Source of the DNA: Bdellovibrionota bacterium | Lineage (GTDB): Bacteria > Bdellovibrionota_C > UBA2361 > JBGSMV01 | Assembly: GCA_041739995.1 (NCBI GenBank) | Contig: JBGSMV010000080.1 | Span: forward strand, 42,845-106,844 | DNA: 64,000 nt | Reading direction: 5' to 3' | Shown here: piece by piece, positions 30,274-38,346 of the stretch | How positions within the stretch are numbered: position 1 is the stretch's first letter | Layout of the letters: each line of letters starts with the position of its first letter | Notes under the pieces: model-generated | Seen by the model: only the letters and a program-made list of their open reading frames with translations | Told to the model about the DNA's origin: nothing | Database searches by the model: none | Program-made: the position numbers and the translations under genes

Positions 30274-31772
30274 GAACTTGCTCCAATCGACAGGTAAGGC
30301 AACAGCCCGTGCAGTCCGCCCTCTCTACCAAACCCGCTCTCCTTTACTCCTCCAAACGGAGAAGAAGGGTCAAACTTATTGTAGGTGTTAGCCCACATCA
30401 CACCCGCATCAATCTGAGAGGTAACCTTAAAAATCTTCGAGCCCTTGTCGGTCCAAACGCCGCCAGAAAGTCCGTAGCGGGTGTTGTTTGCTTTCTCAAT
30501 TCCTTCTTCCGGAGTGCGAAAGGTTTGAACCGTCAATACGGGTCCAAAAATCTCTTCCTGCACAATTCGAAAGGATTGTGAGACCTCGGTGAAAACTGCA
30601 GGCGCGCACCAATATCCTTTACCTGGCAGGACAGCGGAGCTCTGAAAAAGTTCTGCGCCTTCGCTTTTTCCAATCTGAAGATACTCTTGGATTCGTTCCA
30701 GCTGAGATTTCGAATTAATGGCCCCTATGTCCGTGTTTTTGTCGAGCGGATCACCCACTCGCAGCGTGGCGATACGGTCTTTAAGTTTTCGAATTACTTG
30801 TTTGGCAACTGATTCCTGAACCAGCAAACGGGAACCCGCACAGCAAACGTGTCCTTGGTTAAAGAAAATGCCGTTCACAATTCCTTCAACCGCCTGGTCG
30901 ATGGCCGCATCCTCAAATATTAGATGCGCAGCTTTGCCACCCAGCTCAAGCGTTATCTTGGCCGAACGCTGCGCATTCGCGGCCAAAATCAACTTCCCGA
31001 CTTCGGTTGACCCGGTAAACGCAATTTTATCTACGCCCTTAGCTTTCACCAAAGACGCTCCAGTATCACCGCCACCAGTTATAATATTCACCACTCCGGG
31101 CGGCAGATCAGCTTCTTGAATAATTTGGGCCAGCAGTAAAGCGGTGAGAGGTGTGGTCTCCGCGGGCTTTAGTACTACCGTGTTACCCGTAGCGAGAGCG
31201 GGCGCGATTTTCCAAGCAGCCATCAACAGCGGAAAGTTCCAAGGAATAATTTGAGCAGCCACTCCAAGCGGCTTGGCGTCTCTTCCCTTTAGCGCGTAGC
31301 GCAACTTGTCAGCCCAGCCTGCATAGTAGAAAAAATGTGCGGCGCTTAGTGGAATATCAACACTTTTTGATTCGCGTATCGGCTTGCCGCCGTTCATGGA
31401 TTCGACAATCGATAATGTGCGCGCCTGTTCTTGAATGAGTCTGGCAATACGAAACAGGTACTTGCCACGTTCGAGGCCCGATAACTTTGACCAGTACTTA
31501 GTATGTGCGCGTCGCGCGGTGTCGACTGCATGAGCGACATCTTTCTCGCCCGCATCCGGAACGCGCGAAAGAAGTTGCTCATTGGCAGGATTGATGACTT
31601 GCCGATACTTGCGCGAGATGGGTTTTGTAAATTTTCCACCAATAAACAGATCGTAGGATTTTTCTATTGAAACATGCTCATGCGCTTCAGGTGCGGGCGC
31701 ATACTCGAAAGGCAAGTCTTTCCCGGTACGAAAGTCCAAGGGAGCTGGTGAAGTCATGGGGGTCTGCCGCAT
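30270..31772 (-). CDS. Aldehyde dehydrogenase
   Basis: IPWNFPL, KPAETT, FTGSTEVG, LELGGK, FNQGHVCCAG, EEIFGPV. Confidence 0.95.
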   Translation of the reverse strand: MRQTPMTSPAPLDFRTGKDLPFEYAPAPEAHEHVSIEKSYDLFIGGKFTKPISRKYRQVINPANEQLLSRVPDAGEKDVAHAVDTARRAHTKYWSKLSGLERGKYLFRIARLIQEQARTLSIVESMNGGKPIRESKSVDIPLSAAHFFYYAGWADKLRYALKGRDAKPLGVAAQIIPWNFPLLMAAWKIAPALATGNTVVLKPAETTPLTALLLAQIIQEADLPPGVVNIITGGGDTGASLVKAKGVDKIAFTGSTEVGKLILAANAQRSAKITLELGGKAAHLIFEDAAIDQAVEGIVNGIFFNQGHVCCAGSRLLVQESVAKQVIRKLKDRIATLRVGDPLDKNTDIGAINSKSQLERIQEYLQIGKSEGAELFQSSAVLPGKGYWCAPAVFTEVSQSFRIVQEEIFGPVLTVQTFRTPEEGIEKANNTRYGLSGGVWTDKGSKIFKVTSQIDAGVMWANTYNKFDPSSPFGGVKESGFGREGGLHGLLPYLSIGASS

Positions 31773-31799
31773 ATTATTCAGTCAGTTTAACAAGCGTAT

Positions 31800-32789
31800 C
31801 TAATCTTTACTGAAATACTCCGGATTTTGATATCTTCCGGTTTTTTCTTTCAGCAGTTGCATTTGAATATCATTGGCGAGTCGACTGGCACCAAAACGGA
31901 AGAGATCGGGCGTAAACCAGTCGTTTCCCAAAGTCTCATGCAGCAATACAAGATACTGACTCGCATCCTTTGAGGTCGCTATGCCACCTGCGGGCTTCAT
32001 GCCTATGCGTTTTCCGGTTCTATAGTAAAAGTCACGGACAGCTTCCAGCATGACTGCCGTAACCGGGAGAGTTGCCGCGGGCTGTACTTTCCCGGTGGAA
32101 GTCTTAATGAAGTCAGCTCCTGCATACATGGCAATATCGCTGGCGCGCCGCACGGCATCGAGTGAACCGAGTTCTCCTGTTTCCAGAATTACTTTTAGGT
32201 GGGCGCTGCCGCAGGCTTCTTTAATTGTAGCAACTTCATCAGAGATAAACTGGTAGTCACCTTCTAAGAAGCGCCCCCGAGAAATGACCATGTCTATCTC
32301 GTCTGCCCCCTGCTCGACGGCACGGCGCGTCTCCTCTACTCGTTCGCTTAAGGCCGCAAGTCCACTAGGAAACGCAGTGGAGACCGAAGCTACTTTTATG
32401 TTTGTTCCTCGAAGTGCTGCTTTCGCGATTGCTACAAAAGTCGGATACACACAAACCGCGGCAACATGCGGCAGTTCAGGAAGCTCCTCGATGTGCTGGC
32501 GCGCCTTAGCGCAGAGTTGCCGGACCTTTCCTTCGGTGTCCTTACCCTCCAAAGTGGTAAGGTCCATCATGCCGTAGGCGGTCAGTAAAAGTTTTACTTT
32601 GGCAGTTTTTTTGAGGCTGCGGGAATTTAGGCGCGCGATGCGCTCGTGTAGTGCTACGGTGTCAATGCACGCAGCGGAGGCGCGCTCGTGCGGCAAGGCC
32701 TCAGCGAGACCGAGGCTTCCCACCCCGCTCTGTTTTACGCTGTGCTTTCCGTTAGAAGCGGCTGCGATGCTTGGCGACCCGTCGTTCAT
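31800..32789 (-). CDS. deoC: Deoxyribose-phosphate aldolase (long type)
   Basis: DLTTLEG, AVCVYP, GADEIDMV, LKVILETGEL, DFIKTSTGK, KPAGGI, RFGAS. Confidence 0.95.
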   Translation of the reverse strand: MNDGSPSIAAASNGKHSVKQSGVGSLGLAEALPHERASAACIDTVALHERIARLNSRSLKKTAKVKLLLTAYGMMDLTTLEGKDTEGKVRQLCAKARQHIEELPELPHVAAVCVYPTFVAIAKAALRGTNIKVASVSTAFPSGLAALSERVEETRRAVEQGADEIDMVISRGRFLEGDYQFISDEVATIKEACGSAHLKVILETGELGSLDAVRRASDIAMYAGADFIKTSTGKVQPAATLPVTAVMLEAVRDFYYRTGKRIGMKPAGGIATSKDASQYLVLLHETLGNDWFTPDLFRFGASRLANDIQMQLLKEKTGRYQNPEYFSKD

Positions 32790-33040
32790 GCCTTGGAGGC
32801 TACCCTTTTCCGTAAGGGGTCTAAAGGAATTGCATGCGGCGCTCGGCTATAATTTGAACACATCGATGCTTCTCCACGTCGGAAGCCAGCTATGCTTAAC
32901 TCCATGAAAACACTTACAGGTTGCCATATGCTATCGCGGTGGCACGGGGTCACGAGTGGTGACCTAGTGAGCATCGAAGCCAAGGGATGATTTTATTAGC
33001 ACTTAAATTGTAATAAAATCAGTGTAATAGGCGGATATAG

Positions 33041-33069
33041 TTGAGTTTATGTATAGTTTTCTATATAAT
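33041..33069 (+). promoter_or_regulatory. Sigma70-type promoter, probably giving a leaderless mRNA
   Basis: TTGAGT (33041-33046), 17-bp spacer, TATAAT (33064-33069); ATG at 33077 lies 7 nt downstream. Confidence 0.65.
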
Positions 33070-33076
33070 CTGCTTC

Positions 33077-33448
33077 ATGAATGCTGAAGATTTAATTTAT
33101 CCCAGATCGAGATTTCAAGTTTTACGTACGTTGAATTATTCCGAGACGCCAATATCACTGCATGAGATCGTCGATCGCTCTGGGTTAGTAGTCGGCTCAG
33201 TGCAATCTGCATTGAGTTGGTTACTTGAAGCTAAGGTTATTTCAACACAGAAACTCAATAATCGACGATGCTTTCGAATCAAGAATAAATCTGTGATTGA
33301 AATTGTTTCAAAACTACAAAACGTTCTTGCGCCGATGGAACTCCAAGAGCGCGCCAAACAATATCAGAATAGGGCACGGAACTTATTGGAAGACATTGAA
33401 GATCGAGTAAGGATAATTCACAAAGCTCGCAGTTCAATGAAGTTATGA
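33077..33448 (+). CDS. Winged-helix protein, putative antitoxin or regulator
   Basis: SRFQVLRTL...ISLHEIVDRSGLVVGSVQSALSWLLEAKVI...NRRCFRI wHTH pattern; ATGA overlap with next gene. Confidence 0.75.
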   Translation: MNAEDLIYPRSRFQVLRTLNYSETPISLHEIVDRSGLVVGSVQSALSWLLEAKVISTQKLNNRRCFRIKNKSVIEIVSKLQNVLAPMELQERAKQYQNRARNLLEDIEDRVRIIHKARSSMKL

Positions 33449-34071
33449 AATTGAGTGAACTGTTTGAAGCAGCAATCAAAGAATTAGTGAAGCTCAATTG
33501 CGCCTTTGCAGTTGGCGGCGGGCTCGCCGCTGACCTGTATAGAACTCAGAGCCGAGTAACAAATGATGCGGATTTCTTATTCCTTACGGAGGGCCTGGAA
33601 GTAGAGACTGGAAGGGGACTACTGGAGAACCTCGACTTGAGCGTTGGAGAAGTGAAATTGCACCAGCTTGTGCGCTCTCCCCAGATGAATAAGAAATCAT
33701 CCGAAACCTACATTCTTGTAGGGCGCAAAACTCGAGATGAACCAGGAGTCGATCTTTTACTTCCACCATTCCCGTGGTTTTCTAATGCACTAGAAAGGGC
33801 GAAATCAAACTTAATCGATTTTGGATTCGGAGCTGTGCCTACACTTACCCCCGAAGATGTTATTCTCGCCAAGCTATTTGCCAACCGTCCGAAAGATGTC
33901 GATGACATAATTTCGATATTTGAATCGGGTAAAAGTTTAGATATCGCCTATCTGGCCGCAGAAATGGATCGACTGAAATTTACGTTGCCAAAAGAAGCTG
34001 TAAAGAACGCTCCAATGAGTTTGCAGAGGTTTGTTAAAAGAGCTGTACAAAAGAGAAAATCTTTTCCTTAA
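33445..34071 (+). CDS. MenT/AbiEii-like nucleotidyltransferase, putative toxin
   Basis: AVGGGLA...RVTNDADF (GG + DxD), VDLL, EDVILAKL..RPKDVDD. Confidence 0.8.
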   Translation: MKLSELFEAAIKELVKLNCAFAVGGGLAADLYRTQSRVTNDADFLFLTEGLEVETGRGLLENLDLSVGEVKLHQLVRSPQMNKKSSETYILVGRKTRDEPGVDLLLPPFPWFSNALERAKSNLIDFGFGAVPTLTPEDVILAKLFANRPKDVDDIISIFESGKSLDIAYLAAEMDRLKFTLPKEAVKNAPMSLQRFVKRAVQKRKSFP

Positions 34072-34085
34072 CTGAGTCTGCCTCT

Positions 34086-34109
34086 GGATTCGCCTCAGAG
34101 ATGCTGGGG
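34086..34109 (+). repeat. Dispersed intergenic repeat, copy 1
   Basis: GGATTCGCCTCAGAGATGCTGGGG; similar copies at 36196, 36291 (inverted), 41485. Confidence 0.7.
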
Positions 34110-34147
34110 AAGGGATGCTGGGCAAAGTACTCGCTCCTAGCTACTAA

Positions 34148-36046
34148 TTAAGATGGACGAGCCTTCCCCCGCTTCTCTAGTGCTCGGGCTTTAAACCCCG
34201 CCAGGTCTCTTGGCGAAAGCCCAAGTTCGCTCATTACCCTTCGTGCGCCGAGTTCAGGAGGAATTTTCTCAGATGGAAATCCTGGCAGAATGCGGTGCGT
34301 AGAATCTGCCTCTTGAGAACCATCTGGATACCCCACTAGAAGAACCTCAGGATGCAACGGGTTCACCATGATGCCTGCAGAAGCGAGTGCGTCTTTAAGT
34401 GGATAGTTATGAGTAGCGACGAGCACTCGACACTCATGTGCAGCAAGTACTTCAAGAATGTCCACGCCAATCGGCGCGGAGGCACCTTCCGAGGTTCCAC
34501 TACCGATCTCATCGAATGCCACGACACTACAAGAATTGAGTCCCCGATCTAGTTCAGGCCTCAACCACTGAATCTCTTCGCCAAATCTCCCCTGTGTGGA
34601 CTCGTGGTTGTTCTGCTTTGGCACCGAAAGAATAAAGCGAGTGGCTGGCGAGAAACTACCTTCGCGCACGAAGCTTCGTCCCCCAACTTGTGCCAGCAGC
34701 CAATTGGAGAATACGTCCTTAAGCCAGCTCGTCTTTCCTCCACTGTTGGGACCCATAATAATTGTTGGCGCGGCATCTACGACTGACGCAGCATTGTATA
34801 CCCACGTCTCCTGCTCAGCATGTAGCGGACTGCCCATATCCTGTGCTGAAAAATATGCGCCGTCAGACGGGACCAATCGCATGAACGAAGAAGGATGAGT
34901 CGATGACTCGGCGAATCGATTGAGCGCGAGAAACTCTCGAATAAGTGCTGTGGCACCCAACAGGGGCGGAACTTGCGTTTGTGCCTTAGCTACAAATTCA
35001 TCCACAAATGCGTACTTGAGCGCCACTCCACCCGCTGCCGTGTAGGCCAGAGCTCCGACTGATGCGATGCCCGCTGCCGTCAACACCCGCAAACTTGCGG
35101 CAGACATCTCGGTGCTACCAAGAAGCATCACCACCCCCGTCGCCGCCAGAGCGGCTGGAATGTACAGAGGAAAGGAGCGAACCGGATGCAAGGCGAGTGG
35201 ATGAAAGTTCATCGAAAGCAGCCCACCCTTGGTATCCGCCGGTTCAAGGCCGCGCGGCGTGAATCGAGCTCCATTGGTGTGAAGACGGGATAGTTCCGAG
35301 TCGGCAAAAGTCCTCAACTGGGTCACAGCCGAACGTAACAGAGGTGACTGCGGCTCAGAAATTTTTTCGAGATCGGATTTAAACCTATCTAACGCTCTGC
35401 GATTCCGATTGTACCAGGCTCTAATGGTGAGCGGGACGAATCGATCTTGAAGTCTGTTTGATGGTCCTGCAAGAAGGGAAACGGCAGACTCAACAATAGA
35501 ATCGCTGAGCATCGACTCGAATTGAGCTGCGAGCTTCGGATTCTCGCTCAACTCTTTTACTGCCTGCTGTCGCGCGCTGATCTCGCCCGGAGAGGTGGGA
35601 AGTTTAGAGAACGATTGAGTTAGAGCAAGAATATCTAGACCGCTCGCAGGCGAATCTCTGAAGATGCTGGCCACCTCGAAATTCTCAGCAAAATGCGTTC
35701 GTATATAGGCCTTGTCCTCTGAACAAAGGGCGATGTGACCAATAAGGGACGGCATGCCAAGCGCCTCCCAGGTTTCGGAGGGAATTGAACTATGGCCATA
35801 GTGGAGCGCCAAAGACGAAATTGAAATCGAGCGCCTCCAGTCTATCAACCGGTCTAAACCGCTTTGGATTTGTCTCGCGTGCTCTGCGACTAACTCGTCG
35901 CACACCGCCGCGGTGACCAGGACACCCGATTGAAAATTGCTTTCATTCAGTGCGAGTTCCGTCGACGGGGCAGCTCCAGTCGGGACCGCCAGAAGAGCGG
36001 GGGGCGGAACAGGCCGTGGGACTGGTATTTGCGATGGTTCAGGCAT
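34148..36046 (-). CDS. MutS-related ATPase (domain V) with central hydrophobic helices
   Basis: Walker A GPNSGGKT, LAQVG, Walker B FDEIGSGT, ATHN; no mismatch-binding domain seen. Confidence 0.8.
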   Translation of the reverse strand: MPEPSQIPVPRPVPPPALLAVPTGAAPSTELALNESNFQSGVLVTAAVCDELVAEHARQIQSGLDRLIDWRRSISISSLALHYGHSSIPSETWEALGMPSLIGHIALCSEDKAYIRTHFAENFEVASIFRDSPASGLDILALTQSFSKLPTSPGEISARQQAVKELSENPKLAAQFESMLSDSIVESAVSLLAGPSNRLQDRFVPLTIRAWYNRNRRALDRFKSDLEKISEPQSPLLRSAVTQLRTFADSELSRLHTNGARFTPRGLEPADTKGGLLSMNFHPLALHPVRSFPLYIPAALAATGVVMLLGSTEMSAASLRVLTAAGIASVGALAYTAAGGVALKYAFVDEFVAKAQTQVPPLLGATALIREFLALNRFAESSTHPSSFMRLVPSDGAYFSAQDMGSPLHAEQETWVYNAASVVDAAPTIIMGPNSGGKTSWLKDVFSNWLLAQVGGRSFVREGSFSPATRFILSVPKQNNHESTQGRFGEEIQWLRPELDRGLNSCSVVAFDEIGSGTSEGASAPIGVDILEVLAAHECRVLVATHNYPLKDALASAGIMVNPLHPEVLLVGYPDGSQEADSTHRILPGFPSEKIPPELGARRVMSELGLSPRDLAGFKARALEKRGKARPS

Positions 36047-36168
36047 GCGCCTCCTCTCTCCTCAGAAGTCGCGGCAGCTTATAGAGCGATATTCAGACAG
36101 TCAAACGATGTTATTTCAGCGCCTTATCCCACTACTGTGCAAGTAAGAGCGCCGGAAATGTCCCGCTT

Positions 36169-36220
36169 CAGGACTTCGTCTCAGGACTTCGTCCAGGACT
36201 TCGTCTCAGAGAGGTTGGGG
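36169..36220 (+). repeat. Tandem 12-13-bp repeat (x3) running into dispersed repeat copy 2
   Basis: CAGGACTTCGTCT/CAGGACTTCGTC/CAGGACTTCGTCT then CAGAGAGGTTGGGG. Confidence 0.8.
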
Positions 36221-36290
36221 TGCATCTCTGAAGAAATGGAGCGAGCCTCCTTGTAGAGGCTTTTAGGTTGGTAAGGGTCGACAGGCCCCT

Positions 36291-36311
36291 CCCCAAGGTC
36301 TCTGAGGGAAT
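36291..36311 (-). repeat. Dispersed repeat, inverted degenerate copy
   Basis: Reverse complement ATTCCCTCAGAGACCTTGGGG shares the CTCAGAGA-NN-TTGGGG core. Confidence 0.55.
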
Positions 36312-36579
36312 GGGAAGGATTGATTACGGCATTAAAGAGCATAAACCGCCACTTCAAATAGACATTTTCATCTACACTCTGGTCTATTTAAGTGCCCGAC
36401 TTCGCTGTGGCACTAGAAACATCATTAACATATTGTATATAATAAGATTAATTTGGATTTGATTTAATGAGGAATCTCACTTTATATCTCCATTTTTGGC
36501 TGAATAGCCTCAAATCTAACAAAAAAAGCATTTTACGTACCTAAGAAATTGCTCAGTCGTATAACTATGCCTACGAAGC

Positions 36580-36657
36580 AAGTGAGGGCGGCTCTTTCGG
36601 CTATTACTTAAACAACTCCGGGCATCAGTGATGGCTGGGCCTTCTCCGCCTCTACTT
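36580..36657 (+). promoter_or_regulatory. Structured 5' leader, candidate cis-regulatory RNA
   Basis: AAGTGAGGGCGG pairs with CCGCCTCTACTT; inner hairpin 36618-36638; TATAAC -10-like box at 36560. Confidence 0.4.
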
Positions 36658-36692
36658 AAAACTTAGGAATCTTCAAACTTAGGGATCCGAGC

Positions 36693-38156
36693 ATGACAAC
36701 TACAATAGCAACCGTCGCTGACATTCATCACGGACCAAAAGCCTCCGGGCATGGGTCCAGTTTCAAAGCAACCGACGAAGCCCTCCCACGAACACGAGCT
36801 CTCGTAGCCCATGTAAATGACCTAAAGGCCGTCGATCACACTCTCAATCTCGGAGATCTCATTGAGCACGCTGGTACAGACGCGGCCGCCGATCGTAATG
36901 CGATGATTGCCGGTCTTAACGTATTGGGCTCTCTAAAAACCCCTTGTCACCACGTAGCGGGCAACCATGATTTGATGAATTTGTCCGAAGCGGTCGTTGC
37001 TGAACTCTTTAAACGCGAAGCTCTTCACTTCTCGACAGACCTCGGGGATCACCATCTGATAGTGCTCCACTCAAGAGCCGGTCAACGCGATGGCAGTCAG
37101 ATTTCTGTCGACTCGGCCCAACTCAAGTGGCTTGAACAAGAGCTCATTCGGACTGAGAAACCAACAATCGTCGCAGTTCATCATCCACTCTCCGATCAAG
37201 ATCTTTCAAACAATAGATGGTTTGCGGAGCACCCTCAGTGCGCTCTTATTCAGAACCGGGATGAAATAAGAAGTCTCCTTCAGAGACATGGGAATGTGAT
37301 AGCGGTCCTTAACGGACATACCCATTGTAACAGTCTCGAACTCCACGATGGAATTCCTTATGTGACGCAGAACTCCCTGGTTGAAAGAATTGGTACCCAA
37401 GGGTTAGTAGCAAACACCCATGGATTGGTAACTCTGAAAGATGCCCAGTTTGGAATGGAGATCTTTGGAAACGATTCCACCATTTCGAGCCATGAAGAGA
37501 TCGCTAGGCGCCTGGGCGACACCTATGACTCAATCGCCCAAAGCTATAGAGAAAATACTGCTGCGTACGGGCAGGCCGAGTGCAATGAATTTGACCGCTT
37601 GGCGGCGATGCGTGGAAAGCGGTCCAATTTATGCGTCGTGGATTATGGGTGTGGGCCAGCTCGAGATGCCAATCACTTTATGGGCTGGGGGTACAACTAT
37701 GTGGGAGTAGACGCCTCACGTGAATTTATTCGGCACGGACGCGCAGCATATCCGACAGCACAATTTCATCACGGAGACTTCGCTACACTGCGCCTAACCC
37801 CAAATTCAGCAGATATCGCGTGGCATTCATCAAGCCTACAGCACGTACGGCGCGATACGCTTCCGCAGGTTCTCGAACAAGCATACAACACCCTTAAGCC
37901 GGGAGGTCTTTTCTATGCCCACTACCGCTCAGGGGAGGGAGATAGCATTCAAATATCCGGCGAATATGGTCGCCCGATTGCTCGGCCTATTTCACTGTAC
38001 GGTGAAGCCGAGATGCAGGCAGCGCTCAGACAAGCTGGCTTTGAGATAGTTCGATCGTGGACGTTCGATCATCAATATCCCGGGCTCAAGGGAACAACCG
38101 TAAAGTACAAATCAAAGGTCATCGCTCGGAAGCCAGAGTCGGGAGCGGCGCTATAG
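36693..38156 (+). CDS. Calcineurin-like metallophosphoesterase fused to class I SAM methyltransferase
   Basis: ADIH, LGDL, AGNHD, VHHP, NGHTH; then VDYGCGPARD, GVDAS, LKPGG. Confidence 0.88.
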   Translation: MTTTIATVADIHHGPKASGHGSSFKATDEALPRTRALVAHVNDLKAVDHTLNLGDLIEHAGTDAAADRNAMIAGLNVLGSLKTPCHHVAGNHDLMNLSEAVVAELFKREALHFSTDLGDHHLIVLHSRAGQRDGSQISVDSAQLKWLEQELIRTEKPTIVAVHHPLSDQDLSNNRWFAEHPQCALIQNRDEIRSLLQRHGNVIAVLNGHTHCNSLELHDGIPYVTQNSLVERIGTQGLVANTHGLVTLKDAQFGMEIFGNDSTISSHEEIARRLGDTYDSIAQSYRENTAAYGQAECNEFDRLAAMRGKRSNLCVVDYGCGPARDANHFMGWGYNYVGVDASREFIRHGRAAYPTAQFHHGDFATLRLTPNSADIAWHSSSLQHVRRDTLPQVLEQAYNTLKPGGLFYAHYRSGEGDSIQISGEYGRPIARPISLYGEAEMQAALRQAGFEIVRSWTFDHQYPGLKGTTVKYKSKVIARKPESGAAL

Positions 38157-38346
38157 GTAGGCTACTAATATTGCTCCATAGCGTTTGGGAGCAAGATTAC
38201 TCCAACGCGGTAACGCCTTCAAGAAGCACGAATTGAGCCGCCTATTAGGAGGCGCGTATCTGGGTGTTCGCAAGCATTTGTAAGAAAGTTTTCGCCAGTA
38301 CTTTAAGGGGGCAATTCTCCCTGACCCAGTACCAGTGCAGCCGAAA

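Noticed and set aside
34148..36046. Canonical mismatch-repair mutS or mutS2
   Set aside because: Lacks mismatch-binding and Smr domains and has hydrophobic helices
36169..36209. Triple repeat as possible CRISPR
   Set aside because: Units are 12-13 bp with no spacers and no cas genes
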